Counted from the stretch's first letter, positions 18,507 through 29,166 are shown. The stretch is DNA of 64,000 bases from Planctomycetota bacterium (GCA_044222185.1 JBGANV010000002.1:416001-480000); one strand, 5' to 3'. A program made the numbers and translations. The notes: generated by a model not told the origin, from the letters alone.

Positions 18507-20612
18507 ATGCATCGTGTCATCCGCCGCCTCGCGTTCGCCTTCATCGCCTCCTCGCTTCTTTGCGGCTGCGCCACGGAGAAGCCGTGGCTCACGACGGGAC
18601 AGCGGCGCGAGATTTTCGATGCCGCGTGGACGACGATCGCCGACCGCCACTACGACCCGAAGCTCGGCGGCGTCGACTGGCAGCACGTCCACGACGAGGT
18701 CGGCCCGAAGGTCGACCAGGCGTCCAACGACGGCGAGTTCCGATCGGCGCTCCGCGAGTTGACGGCAGCTCTCGGGCATTCGCACGTGAACGTCCTTCCG
18801 CCTGACGACGAACTCGACGGCGATGCTGGCGAGGCGAGCGGCCCAGAGGGAGCGCGCGCCGGCGGCGGCAAGGATGGGGTGGCGGATGGCGTCGCAGGGT
18901 TCGACGTCTCTGGCGTCGAGGATGCGATGATCGTCGTGCGCGTGCATCCGGGATCGCCTGCGGAAGCCGCCGGCGTGCGCGTGGGGGACGAGGTGATCGG
19001 GACGAACGGGAACGATCTGGATCGCATCCGCAGACGGGCGCAGGAACGTTCCCCGGAGCGCTGGCAGGGATTCGTTCCGTACCTCATCGAGAATGCCCTC
19101 GCCGGACAGCCGGGCGAGGCCGTCACGGCGACGTTGCGCGCACCGTCGGGTGAAACGCGCGACGTGACGCTGAAGCTGGCGAAGCCGGACGTTCCGCGGA
19201 TCCACTTCGGCAACCTGGGATCGATGACGGCCGACTTCGAGGCCCGTCGACTGGACGGCAACGTCCAGTACGTCCGCTTCAGCCCGTGCTTCACCGAGGT
19301 GCTGGAGCGGGTGAACGAGGCGCTGGACGGCGCGCGGGACGCGAGCGGCGTGATCATCGATCTGCGAGGAAACCCCGGCGGACTCGGCACCATCGCCATG
19401 GGCGTCGCCAGGTCGTTCCTGGGCAACGAAGTCGACCTCGGCGTGATGCGCACGCGGACCGACGAGATCCACTTCCGCGTGAATCCGTCCCCCAATCCCT
19501 ACGTGGGACCGCTCGTGATCATCGTGGACGCGTCGTCGGCAAGCACGTCCGAGATCCTGGCGTCGGGCCTTCAGGCCGTGGGACGTGCGCGCGTCGTCGG
19601 CAACACGTCGATGGGCGCGGCCCTGCCGTCCGTCGTGGAGAAGCTCCCGTACCGCTGGCGACTTCAGACCGTCGTCGCAGACTTCAGGCTCCCTGACGGA
19701 TCACTGGTCGAAGGGCGGGGTGTCGTTCCTGACGTCGAAGTGAAGGCGAAGAAGGCCGATTTCGCGGCGGGTCGCGACCCCTACGTCGAGACCGCCCTCC
19801 GCGAGCTCGCCAACGCACCGCGGTTGAAGCCGACGAGCCAATCGGCACCCGATACGGCTCCCGCAGCCACCGAGTCCCAACCATCCGCGATCGAAGTGTC
19901 GCCCGAAGCGGCGGCGGTGATGGACGCCATCGTCACTGCGATGGGCGGCGCCGAACGCCTGCGGTCGACGAAAAGCATCCGAACGCGGTCGACGATGACC
20001 GTGATGGGGCTGAAAGCGACCATCGATTCGCTCATCGCCGCCCCGAACAGATTGCGCGTCGTCACGGACATGACATCCGTCGGAGAGACGATCCAGGTGT
20101 TCGACGGCACCCAGTGTTGGAGCGCCGATCCCATCCAGGGCCTTCGCGAGCTGAAGGGCGAGGAGCTGGCGCAGATCCGCCGCCAGGCGTACCTCGACTC
20201 GGCCGCCCGTTGGCGCGAATCCTTTGCGAAGATCGAGATCATCGAGCGGACGAAGGACGGCAATCACGACGCCATCGTCTTGAAGCAGACGCCGCTCCCC
20301 GGTGAAGGCGAGCCGAAGACCGTGTGGGTCGACGCGGCGACCCACCTCGCCTACAAGACCAAGGGAGTGAGCAAGACGGCCATGGGCAAGATGTCGACCA
20401 CGTCGGAAGTGATCGAGTACAAGGAGATCGACGGCATTCTCACGGAAACCAAGGTCGTCATGACCGTCTCCACGGGGGTCAAGGTGACGATCACGACCGA
20501 AAGCGTCGAGCGCGACGTGCCCGTCGACGATTCCCTCTTCGTGAAACCGCCGGCGCCGAAGCCGCGAGCACGACGGACAGAGAGCGCTCCCGCCGCCAAG
20601 CCCAATCCTTGA
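18507..20612 (+). CDS. Lipoprotein S41 peptidase (PDZ + catalytic domain) fused to a LolA-like C-terminal domain
   Basis: Lipobox LLCGC, PDZ GSPAEAAGVRVGD, IIDLRGNPGG, SASTSE and EGRGVVPDV. After a Pro/Ser linker: AMGG..L...WVDAATHL...YKEIDG...VDDSLF..P. Confidence 0.8.
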   Translation: MHRVIRRLAFAFIASSLLCGCATEKPWLTTGQRREIFDAAWTTIADRHYDPKLGGVDWQHVHDEVGPKVDQASNDGEFRSALRELTAALGHSHVNVLPPDDELDGDAGEASGPEGARAGGGKDGVADGVAGFDVSGVEDAMIVVRVHPGSPAEAAGVRVGDEVIGTNGNDLDRIRRRAQERSPERWQGFVPYLIENALAGQPGEAVTATLRAPSGETRDVTLKLAKPDVPRIHFGNLGSMTADFEARRLDGNVQYVRFSPCFTEVLERVNEALDGARDASGVIIDLRGNPGGLGTIAMGVARSFLGNEVDLGVMRTRTDEIHFRVNPSPNPYVGPLVIIVDASSASTSEILASGLQAVGRARVVGNTSMGAALPSVVEKLPYRWRLQTVVADFRLPDGSLVEGRGVVPDVEVKAKKADFAAGRDPYVETALRELANAPRLKPTSQSAPDTAPAATESQPSAIEVSPEAAAVMDAIVTAMGGAERLRSTKSIRTRSTMTVMGLKATIDSLIAAPNRLRVVTDMTSVGETIQVFDGTQCWSADPIQGLRELKGEELAQIRRQAYLDSAARWRESFAKIEIIERTKDGNHDAIVLKQTPLPGEGEPKTVWVDAATHLAYKTKGVSKTAMGKMSTTSEVIEYKEIDGILTETKVVMTVSTGVKVTITTESVERDVPVDDSLFVKPPAPKPRARRTESAPAAKPNP

Positions 20613-20869
20613 CCGCGACCCGTCGGGTTCTCCGGCCGAAGTGGCAGCCCGCTGGTGCCGTCGCCGGGGCTCTGCTCCTTCGCGTGGGTGATGCCGTCGC
20701 CGAGCCTCGGTCCAAAATCTGTCGCCGACGGGATCGGCGCCGTGGGGTTCTCGAACCAAGCGTGCTCAAGAGACCCTGAGCGCTGGCCTGGTGGTGCCCG
20801 ATGCCGTCGGGCGCAGGCGAGCGATGTGCATCTCGCCCGTCGTCCGGGCTCGACCCACGGAGAGTCGTC

Positions 20870-21967
20870 ATGGCACGCCCACAGCGGTCTCGTTCGCTCG
20901 TCAACCGTTCGTTTTCATGCCGCAATCTGGCCATTCGAGTGATCGTCCTCTTGGCGTTCACGGGGACGGCGACCCTCGCTCAGAACGTCACCGCCTTCAC
21001 CGACGACTTCGAATCTCCCGGGCTGAAGCCGTTCTGGTCGCAGCTCGCGACCCAAGGCACGGTGACGTACCCGTCAACGATCCATTATCACAGCTTCAAT
21101 CACAGCGTGCGCCTCGACACGAACGGACCGACTTCGGGCAACGCGGCCAAGTTCGCCATGATCCGGCACGTCTTTCCCGCTCCCGTCTACGGCGAGATCG
21201 GGGTGTGGCTTCTCGATACGGGAGCCAACGTCTCGTCGAGCAACTATCTCACGCTGAACACGGGCCCGTTCACGCTGGGGACGTGGGACTACATGACGGC
21301 GGCGGCCGGTGGCTTCTACACGTTCAGCGCGCCGAACGTCAGCGGCAACACGACCATCCCGCGCACGTTCGGGTGGCACCACCTCGTGATGCGCGCGACG
21401 GCGACGTCATCGACGCTGAGCATCGACGGCATCACCGTGTACAGCGGCGCCGGAGGGACCAGATTCGTCGAGGTGCAGCTCGACATGCACGCACCGCTTT
21501 GGCGCCCAGGGTTCACCGCCTACTTCGACGACTTCTCGTTCGACCCGCTGGGGCAGGCGAATTCGGCGTGCGCGAGCCTGACGGTGAACGGTGTGGGGGG
21601 GACCGGCCACGGGCCGCTCGCCGTCACCGCACCCGCGGGGAATCCGTGCAGTTTCCAGTGGTCGGGCGCGCCGAATCAGCCCGTCGCTCTCGCCATCACG
21701 CCTACCTTCGTTCCGGGACAACAGTTCGGAGGGGCGTTGGTGGTCGACGTGAATCTCAGCAACTACGGCTTCGTCTTCAACGGAGCCAGCACTCCTGGAT
21801 TCCCGCTCTACACGGACGCGCTCGGTCAAGCGGCGCAGTCGTTCTCGGTCTCGCCAAGCTTCGCAGGCGCGGTGGCGCACGTGCAGGGGATCGTCTTCGA
21901 CGCAGCGAACACCTGCTCGGGTGGCATCGGGCTGATGACGACGGCGAGCTTCGAGATCCGATTCTGA
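20870..21967 (+). CDS. Secreted ConA/LamG-like beta-sandwich protein with a conserved terminal domain
   Basis: RBS GGAGAG and signal peptide (TLA-QN); FTDDFES...GWHHL...IDG...YFDDF, followed by a ~140-aa domain starting NSACASLTVNG. Confidence 0.7.
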   Translation: MARPQRSRSLVNRSFSCRNLAIRVIVLLAFTGTATLAQNVTAFTDDFESPGLKPFWSQLATQGTVTYPSTIHYHSFNHSVRLDTNGPTSGNAAKFAMIRHVFPAPVYGEIGVWLLDTGANVSSSNYLTLNTGPFTLGTWDYMTAAAGGFYTFSAPNVSGNTTIPRTFGWHHLVMRATATSSTLSIDGITVYSGAGGTRFVEVQLDMHAPLWRPGFTAYFDDFSFDPLGQANSACASLTVNGVGGTGHGPLAVTAPAGNPCSFQWSGAPNQPVALAITPTFVPGQQFGGALVVDVNLSNYGFVFNGASTPGFPLYTDALGQAAQSFSVSPSFAGAVAHVQGIVFDAANTCSGGIGLMTTASFEIRF

Positions 21968-21983
21968 CCCGAGGGCGGAGGTC

Positions 21984-23135
21984 CTACGGCGCGCTCTCGG
22001 GCGCGCCGGGCACGAGTCCAATCTCCGCGAGCAACGGGCGGACGTCGACGGGTTGACGCGTGAGCGCCGAACGCCGGACGGCTTCCATGACGCAGAAGGT
22101 CTCCAAGCCCTCCTCCAGCGTGGGGGACCACGGCGTGCCATCGATCAGCGCTCGCGCGAAGTGATCGAGGTAGTTGGCGAACTCGCCATAGTGCATGCCG
22201 TGGACCTCGGAGTTGAAGTAGCGATGGCGGAGCGCATACAGCGGGTCCTCGGTCACCTCAGTCCCATCGGGCGACGAATGCACGTAGCGCATGTCGTGGT
22301 ATTGAGCGAGGCCCGAACGCCGGCTGCCGTAGAGCATGAGCTCGATGCAATTGCGCGCGGTCGGCAATTCGTGGCAACCGTAATGGCCCATGGCCCGACC
22401 GATGCGGCCGTCCGCGGCGACGAGGTTCGCCGTGTAGATGTCGAACGTGGAGAGGCCGTAGCTCGTTCCCAACGCCGAGCGCCCGCCTAACGCCTGGACC
22501 TGAACGATGGGGCCCAGGTACCACCGCACAAGATCGATCGGGTGGCTCATCCCGAGGAAGATCCAGTCCGTGTCGGTCACCGCCCACGGGCTCTTGTCGT
22601 AGAACCAGTCCATCCGGTGAATGTAGTGCGCATCGACGAGTTCGAGGGCGCCGTACTCGCCTGCGTCGAACGAACGCCGTTGGCGCTGGAACGGCTCGAA
22701 GAACCGGGTGCTCTGGCCGACGAGCAGCTTGCGTCCCGTTCGCCGTGCCGCGGCGAGCACCGTTCGCGCATCAGCGATCGAATTGACGAGAGGCTTGGTG
22801 CAGATGACGTCCTTGCCCGCATCGAACGCGGCGGTGATGTGCGTGCCGTGCAACGCATCCGGTGTGTAGATCGCGACGATGTCGACGTCCGCCATCGCCA
22901 GGAGCGCGGCGTAGTCCGTCGTGAACGCGATGTCGGGCCGCTCGGCGCGGGTCGTCGCGATCTTCTCCTCCGAGAGGTCGCAGGCGGCCACGACTCGGGC
23001 ATGCCGGCAGCGATCACTGCCGATCACGAGCGTCCGCCCTTCGTGGAGACCGACGACGCCCACGCGCTTCTGGACCGGCGCCTTGTCGCCCCCGTCATCC
23101 CGCCGGACGCCCGGTATGTGCTTGAGGAACGTCAC
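21984..23135 (-). CDS. Gfo/Idh/MocA family oxidoreductase
   Basis: VGVVGL, YTPDALH, AGKDVICTKPL and SHPIDL. GTG start overlaps the GH38 stop. Confidence 0.88.
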   Translation of the reverse strand: MTFLKHIPGVRRDDGGDKAPVQKRVGVVGLHEGRTLVIGSDRCRHARVVAACDLSEEKIATTRAERPDIAFTTDYAALLAMADVDIVAIYTPDALHGTHITAAFDAGKDVICTKPLVNSIADARTVLAAARRTGRKLLVGQSTRFFEPFQRQRRSFDAGEYGALELVDAHYIHRMDWFYDKSPWAVTDTDWIFLGMSHPIDLVRWYLGPIVQVQALGGRSALGTSYGLSTFDIYTANLVAADGRIGRAMGHYGCHELPTARNCIELMLYGSRRSGLAQYHDMRYVHSSPDGTEVTEDPLYALRHRYFNSEVHGMHYGEFANYLDHFARALIDGTPWSPTLEEGLETFCVMEAVRRSALTRQPVDVRPLLAEIGLVPGAPESAP

Positions 23136-25636
23136 GAATGCACCGTGCGATGAACGGTGGCCCAGACGGATCGGTGAGCATCCAGATCGCGCGTGACTTT
23201 CCGGCCGATCTCGAGGTCGAGCATGACCGTGGCGATGGCGTGGGGTTCGAGGTCCATCGTGATCGAGCTCCATGGCAGTCCGTGGGGGCCGTGCACGACG
23301 GACGCGGCCTTCACGGGCAGGTCGAGTTCCGCCTCGCCCATGAGGTTCGTGCGAACGGCACGCGCGATGGGGCCGGGGAATATCATCGTGGCGGACGCGT
23401 GGCGGCCGTTCAGTTCCACGATTCGAAGGACGTAGGGGTGTCCCATGCCGCGACCGGCCCATCGATCCAAGCCTTCGCCCGCGTGTTCGCTCTCTCGGTA
23501 GAACGCCGTCGCGATCGCACCGGGCGCATCATCGTGGAACGGGCCGAACGCCGCGGGGATGTCACCGCCATCCCGCCGCGAGACCGCCGAGAGCACCGGC
23601 GCGTTGAACTCCTGTGCGAGCTTCCATCGCTCCGCGTGCGACATCCGCCCATGCGGAACCAGGCGGAGGCGGACGCGCAGCGAATCCCGGAAGAAGTCGC
23701 CATCCCAGGGGTCATGCATCGTCAGGAGCTGGCGGATCCGGTCACCCTCGCGGAAGAACGACTGACTGCCATCGTGGAGAAGGAGCAGACCGCGCCCTCC
23801 CTGGTGCATGTCCACGAGGCTCAAGCCGGTGAACGCCCCGCTCACCGTTTCGAACACCTGTGGAGACGTCATCCAGTCTCCAGTCGGATACTTGCGGACC
23901 CGCTCGTGGGTCGCCTGGACCGGCCCGATGGCGTACGGCGTGTCGTGGAGGAGTTCGAGCGGCTTCAGTGCCGGGCTCACGGTCGCGGTGAGGCCCGCGT
24001 GCATGCGCCCGTCGGGACGCGGCAACTGGTCTGCTGCGATCTCCACGTCGATGGCCTCGTGGATGTCCGCGCACGCGACGCGCATGGTCACCCGCGCGCC
24101 GTCTCGGCCGCGGCGCTCGATGACGACGATCGGCCGGCCGCAGTCGTGTTCCACGCGCACGTCGGCCTCGGAGAAGGTGTCCGTGGCTCCGCCGCGCACC
24201 ATCGCCAGGTCGAGGAGGGGGTGTTCGCCGTCGAGCAGTCCACCGGCGAACTCGTACGACGAGAGCTGTGAGATGACCCCGCGGCGTCGATCCACGGCCA
24301 CGCGCAGGTCGTCTCGAACGAGCGCGATTTCATCTTCGGACGTGATTGCCGCGGCAACTCCGTAGGGGATCGCGGCCGCATGTTCCGGATCCACCGTCGC
24401 GTAGCCGAACGCCGGGACGTGCTTCAACCGCAGCACGCGTCCCGCATCCCGATCCGTCACGACGATGTCCCGGGCGAACCCCAGCGAATTGAAGACGAGG
24501 CGGTGTCCGGCGGGAACGTCGGCGCGGTTGGCGAGGTGCGCGATGGTTCGATCGAGGACGTGGCCGCTGAGTCCGAGCGAGCGCTCGTAGGAACGCTCGC
24601 CGACGAACCCGCACAACGCCTCGCACTCGTCGTTGTCGTGGTGCTGCGCGGCGAGGAGCTCGCGCCACGCCTCCTCCAGCTCCCAGGTCGGGTAGACGTC
24701 CCAGCTCGCATAGGGTCGACCAAACATGCCCGCGACGGCGGAGACGGACTCCGCCGCCAGTAGCCGCGCCTCGGCGTTGCGACTCAGCCGGCGCATGAAG
24801 TCACCGTTCTTCCCCAGGCTCATCCCGTGGAAGACGTCATCCATGGTGTAGCGGCGAATGGGCGCACGGTCGTCCTCGCACGCGCGCACGAGCTCGGAGA
24901 GGGTCACGCACTTCACGTCGAGGCCGGGTTGAGCGAGCAGTTCCTGCAACCTGGGGAGGATGAGCTCGGCGCGGCACATCCAGTCCTTGGACGGCATCAG
25001 CTCGAGCCACTGAACGATGGCGGGTTTCGACTGCGAGCGCAGCTCGGGGTTGGAGAGCAGCCCCGTGAAATCCTCGGGCCATTGGTGCAGGCACAGATCG
25101 GTGCGCGCGGCAACGGCCAGAAGCGAGCCGTCGATTCCCTGCCAGCGCACGACGGGAACTTTCTCATGAGGGATGTGCGGCGTGTGCCACGTCCATTGGA
25201 AGAAGAGCGAGCCGGCCGTGAAACCGCAGCCCTTCAGGATCTGGGGGAGCTGGTCGTGGAAGTCGAATTCCTCCTCCCAGAAGGCGCGGGGTCGGACGCC
25301 GAGGAGTCGCATGGCAGCGCGCACGCCGAAGATCCTCTGGCGGACGTTCGACTCCCCTCCCTGAAACAAACCATAGGGTTGTCCGTATGAGGCGCCTACG
25401 ACCTCGACCCGCCCCTCGACTACCGCAGCCCGCAGGTCGGCCAACGCGTGCGGCGCGGACGCCGCCATCCGCTCGTAGCCCACACCATCGAAGTTGACGT
25501 TTCCCCGCGCACCTGACTCGTTCACGATCCGCAGCATGTCGCGCACGGAACCCGGCAGGACCTCGTAGCCCCACAGCCACTCCATGTCGACCCAGTGCAT
25601 GTGATTGCCGAACGTGTAGTAGACGGTCTTGCGCAT
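23132..25636 (-). CDS. Divergent GH38 (alpha-mannosidase-like) glycoside hydrolase
   Basis: NHMHWVDMEWLW, GESNVRQ..G, QLPQIL, WQGIDGS, QHHD, VFNSL..AR, VPAFGY and LRIVE. The canonical WxxDxFGH motif reads WEEEFDFH. Confidence 0.75.
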   Translation of the reverse strand: MRKTVYYTFGNHMHWVDMEWLWGYEVLPGSVRDMLRIVNESGARGNVNFDGVGYERMAASAPHALADLRAAVVEGRVEVVGASYGQPYGLFQGGESNVRQRIFGVRAAMRLLGVRPRAFWEEEFDFHDQLPQILKGCGFTAGSLFFQWTWHTPHIPHEKVPVVRWQGIDGSLLAVAARTDLCLHQWPEDFTGLLSNPELRSQSKPAIVQWLELMPSKDWMCRAELILPRLQELLAQPGLDVKCVTLSELVRACEDDRAPIRRYTMDDVFHGMSLGKNGDFMRRLSRNAEARLLAAESVSAVAGMFGRPYASWDVYPTWELEEAWRELLAAQHHDNDECEALCGFVGERSYERSLGLSGHVLDRTIAHLANRADVPAGHRLVFNSLGFARDIVVTDRDAGRVLRLKHVPAFGYATVDPEHAAAIPYGVAAAITSEDEIALVRDDLRVAVDRRRGVISQLSSYEFAGGLLDGEHPLLDLAMVRGGATDTFSEADVRVEHDCGRPIVVIERRGRDGARVTMRVACADIHEAIDVEIAADQLPRPDGRMHAGLTATVSPALKPLELLHDTPYAIGPVQATHERVRKYPTGDWMTSPQVFETVSGAFTGLSLVDMHQGGRGLLLLHDGSQSFFREGDRIRQLLTMHDPWDGDFFRDSLRVRLRLVPHGRMSHAERWKLAQEFNAPVLSAVSRRDGGDIPAAFGPFHDDAPGAIATAFYRESEHAGEGLDRWAGRGMGHPYVLRIVELNGRHASATMIFPGPIARAVRTNLMGEAELDLPVKAASVVHGPHGLPWSSITMDLEPHAIATVMLDLEIGRKVTRDLDAHRSVWATVHRTVHS

Positions 25637-25772
25637 GTGAAAACCCGCCAGACGCCCCGGGAACGAAAGGGCCGCCCAGTTTAGCGCTACCTCGACGGGT
25701 GTTCGCCAAACCCCACGGGGCCGTTGACCGCGCTCCGCCGGCCGGTGAAGATCCCGTGAATCGGAGAGACCT

Positions 25773-26558
25773 GTGAATCGAACTCATCTCGTGATCATGC
25801 TCGTCGTCCTCGCGCTCGCCAGCGGGTCCTGCAACGTCCGAATCCTCGCAACGGGCTCACACGAGTCGATCGGCGTCGTCGAGTCGAGCATCAGCGTCCC
25901 GGGTCTCAAGTCTCTGAAGGTTCGCGTGGGAGCCGGCTCGATCACGGTCATCGAGGGCGCGTCGGGGGAGGTCAAGATCAGCGCCGACGTGCTCTACGAC
26001 GGCGGCGAGAAGAAGGCGGGCCGTCGGGCGGACCTCACCAAGGACGTGAAGGTCGACGTGAATGGGGGCGCCCTGACCGTGTCTGACGCGCACATGAGCG
26101 CGTCGGATCAGAACGCCTGGCAGTCGAAGCTCACCCTGACCGTGCCGGCGGGCCTGGAGTTGGACCTGGACGTCGCAGCCGGTGCGTGTCACACGTCCGC
26201 GTCGACGCCCAAGCTGAAGGCGCGCGTTGCGGCGGGTGATCTCGTCATTTCCGGCGCCGCGCTGGGCGAGATCGATGCGAAGACCTCCACGGGTGAGCTG
26301 AAGATCTCGTCGAAGGGCACGCTCGGAAACGTGATGGCGGAAGTCGGCGCGGGGAGCCTCGTGATCGAGGTGCCGAGCGCGTTCACCGGTGACGTCGATC
26401 TCGCGACGTCCGTCGGCAACGTCACGTTGAAGGGCACGCCGGAGCTGAAGGTGGCGCGCGAAGTGACGAGCGCATCATGCCGAGGAAAGATCGGTTCCGG
26501 TGCGACCACCGTGCGGGGCCGCACCGGAACCGGTGACGTTCGGTTCTCTCGCAGTTGA
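25773..26558 (+). CDS. DUF4097-like beta-strand repeat (adhesin-like) lipoprotein
   Basis: Signal ending SGSC; repeated xxxGx[IVL] strands (VGAGSI, VAAGDL, TSTGEL, TSVGNV, TGTGDV). Confidence 0.75.
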   Translation: MNRTHLVIMLVVLALASGSCNVRILATGSHESIGVVESSISVPGLKSLKVRVGAGSITVIEGASGEVKISADVLYDGGEKKAGRRADLTKDVKVDVNGGALTVSDAHMSASDQNAWQSKLTLTVPAGLELDLDVAAGACHTSASTPKLKARVAAGDLVISGAALGEIDAKTSTGELKISSKGTLGNVMAEVGAGSLVIEVPSAFTGDVDLATSVGNVTLKGTPELKVAREVTSASCRGKIGSGATTVRGRTGTGDVRFSRS

Positions 26559-26559
26559 T

Positions 26560-26579
26560 CCCCCCGCACGAGCGGGGGG
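26560..26579. terminator. GC hairpin between convergent genes (possible bidirectional terminator)
   Basis: CCCCCCGC-ACGA-GCGGGGGG, a perfect 8-bp stem immediately after the stop; no U-tract. Confidence 0.5.
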
Positions 26580-26591
26580 CGGCCGAAGGTC

Positions 26592-28169
26592 TCAGAAGCT
26601 GATTCGGGCTTGGAGCGCTGCGGCAACCGCCGTGTCCGTGTTCGTTCCCCAGAGGGCCGCACCCTCGTCATCCGGGAAGAGCAGGATCAGGCCGCCGACG
26701 AGCGAGAACTGCGGGGTGACCTGGTACAGGGCCCACAGATCCACTTCCCAGCCGTAGTCGTGGTCGTTCACGACGCCATTCAGGTCGTTGACGTCCGCCG
26801 TGTCCCACACTGCCTGCGCGCCGACGACCCACTGCTCGCTCGGAACGAAGGTCAGACCGAGCTGGCCGGAGATCGCGTTGGCGATGGGGAGCGCATCGAG
26901 CAGGCCGTAGCGAGCGAGGAACGCGCCCTGGCCATGGCGGTTCGGGTACAAGAAGATGTAGCCGGTGTCGTTGTCGTTCGGGCCTTCAGCGTAGAGCCAG
27001 CGCGTGTAGACGCGGAACTGGTACTTGGAGTCGAACGTGATGCCGACCTCGCCTTCGACGGCGAGCCCGTCCACGTCCGTCACGCCCACCGGGCTGCCGC
27101 TGACGTCGCCGACCTGGTACGCCACCTCGACGTTGTAGTCGAGGCCGTTCGCGATGCTCGGGAACTTGCCACCGGCGCGAGCGCCGAGCGTGTGGAAGTA
27201 CGCCGTGTCGCCGAGACCGAATCCCGCGCTCCCGACGCCGTTGCCGAGCGAACCGATGCTCGAACCTGAACCGCCGGCCGCGCCGCCGTGGCCGTTCGTG
27301 TAGATCCAGTACAAGTCGATCGTGTGGTTCTCGCACGGCTTGATCGAGCCGTACAGGGCGAGCAACTCGTCGTTGTCGTGAGAGTTGACGATCGAGTGGA
27401 GCTGGTTCGCGTCGAAGTCCGTCGACGACGTCTTCATCACGAGGCCGGTCAGGCTGAAGTCCTTGCCGTTCCAATCGAAGCGGCTGCCATCGAGCGCCCA
27501 GCCGTTGTACCAGTCCGCATTGCCGAACTGGAACTGGTTGCCGAGGACGACTTCCTGGCGGCCGATTCGCCACGAGAGTTCGGAGCGATTGAAGATGTTC
27601 CGGAGTTCCGCCCAGCCCTGATAGAGGTCGACGTTGGTGAGTCCATCAGCGGACATCACGCCGCCGTCGTTGTAGTTCATGCCGGCGCCTTCAGTGAAGC
27701 TGCCGTCCCCGAGCGCCCAGTGCGACTGGAACTCGGCGTACGCGCTCACGTCCTTCGTGAAGTCGTAGCGCATGCCGAGGCGAACGCGGGCATCGGTCCA
27801 CCAGCCGTCGAGATCGCCCGGGTTGATCCACGCGGCGACGGTGCGATATCGGAACTCGCCCGTGAGCGTAAGGGCCGTCGCGGCCGACTTGACCGCCGGG
27901 CCTTCCATACGTGCGATGACGTTGTTGACCGACGTCTCCAATTCGTTCGCCGCGTCCGTACGAGCGGAGCCTTGTTCTGCTTGGAGCGTATTCACCTGAT
28001 CCCGGAGGGCCTGGTTCTCGCTCGCCAACTTCTCCTGGTTCTTCAGGACCTGTTCGAGCTTCTGCTTGAGGCTCTCGATGTCGGAGCCGTTGCTTGCTTG
28101 CTGTGACCACGACACCGGCGCCGCGAGCAGGAGTGCCGCGACGAAGCTCACCATTCCAATCGTTCTCAT
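26592..28169 (-). CDS. Outer-membrane beta-barrel, alginate export (AlgE)-like family, with N-terminal coiled coil
   Basis: Signal peptide, coiled coil, GEFRYR, RVRLG, LYQGW, IGRQE, DG.R, GWEVDL and terminal Phe. Confidence 0.8.
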   Translation of the reverse strand: MRTIGMVSFVAALLLAAPVSWSQQASNGSDIESLKQKLEQVLKNQEKLASENQALRDQVNTLQAEQGSARTDAANELETSVNNVIARMEGPAVKSAATALTLTGEFRYRTVAAWINPGDLDGWWTDARVRLGMRYDFTKDVSAYAEFQSHWALGDGSFTEGAGMNYNDGGVMSADGLTNVDLYQGWAELRNIFNRSELSWRIGRQEVVLGNQFQFGNADWYNGWALDGSRFDWNGKDFSLTGLVMKTSSTDFDANQLHSIVNSHDNDELLALYGSIKPCENHTIDLYWIYTNGHGGAAGGSGSSIGSLGNGVGSAGFGLGDTAYFHTLGARAGGKFPSIANGLDYNVEVAYQVGDVSGSPVGVTDVDGLAVEGEVGITFDSKYQFRVYTRWLYAEGPNDNDTGYIFLYPNRHGQGAFLARYGLLDALPIANAISGQLGLTFVPSEQWVVGAQAVWDTADVNDLNGVVNDHDYGWEVDLWALYQVTPQFSLVGGLILLFPDDEGAALWGTNTDTAVAAALQARISF

Positions 28170-28425
28170 GAGTTCCCCCGGACCCGCCCGACCAGCCGGG
28201 CAAGCCACTTCTTGGTCGGCGGGATTGTGAATTGGAAGTGCAACGATGTGGGTACGCAGTAGGCGTAGGCTGCGCGGGGGCTGGTGCGTAGGCGTTTGGA
28301 GCGGGAGGAGGCCGCAGTGGCGTGTACGGTCTGGTCTGCCCTCGTCGAGACCGGGATTGGCGGACCGCATGGAGGCGCGGGACCGTGCACGGTGCCCATG
28401 TCGCCATGCGATCCGCGTTTCCGAT

Positions 28426-28442
28426 TTGAGTTCGATACTCAA
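28426..28442. promoter_or_regulatory. Operator-like inverted repeat TTGAGT-N5-ACTCAA upstream of the porin gene
   Basis: Perfect 6-bp AT-rich arms in an intergenic region. Confidence 0.35.
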
Positions 28443-29166
28443 GTACAGCGCGGCTCAACCCGGACACCGGTGACCATGAACCACCGCGCAGCGTTTGCTG
28501 CATTGCTCGAGTCGCCGCCGCTAACGCAGCAACCCGATCCGGCCGCCGCGTGGCGGGTGATCGACGTGGTGTCGACCGGCCCGCACACGCTCGCGGTTCA
28601 GCGCTCGACCAGGATTCCAGCGCGGACTCCGATCGTCGCGACCTTCGATAGGACCGCGCGACCCCATGCGCCATTGCAATCAGCGATGCGCGGTGGCGCG
28701 GCCCGCCGGCCAGTGCGAGCCTTGCGATCGGCCGCGGCGGCGACGCCGGCACCGCCGACGTCGCCGTCGTCCCGCGCGGTTTCGATCGCGATCGACGCCA
28801 TCGGAACGAGCTCGAACGATGGCCCGGCGGCAACTGCCGACGGAGTGCCTCGCGGCCGCGCGGGGATTGCCCCAGTGGCCGTCCCACCGCATCCACGGTG
28901 ACCGGTCGGGCGGCCTTCCTCAGCTCGACGTCAATCCGCCTGGGAGGAGATCCCGCCATCCGTGACGGCGTCGCTCCGCTCCTGACGATGCCGAGCTGCG
29001 AGCTCCCGATCGCTCGGCCCGACAACGCGTTCGGACGGTCGGTCAGCGTCGCTCCAAAGACAGCCGGGCCGGTCTCGTCGCCAGGATTCGTCACGGGCTC
29101 GCTCGATCGCACCGGGGACGCGACGGCGCCGAGAGACTTCGCACGCACGACTGCGTACGCTTCGCC

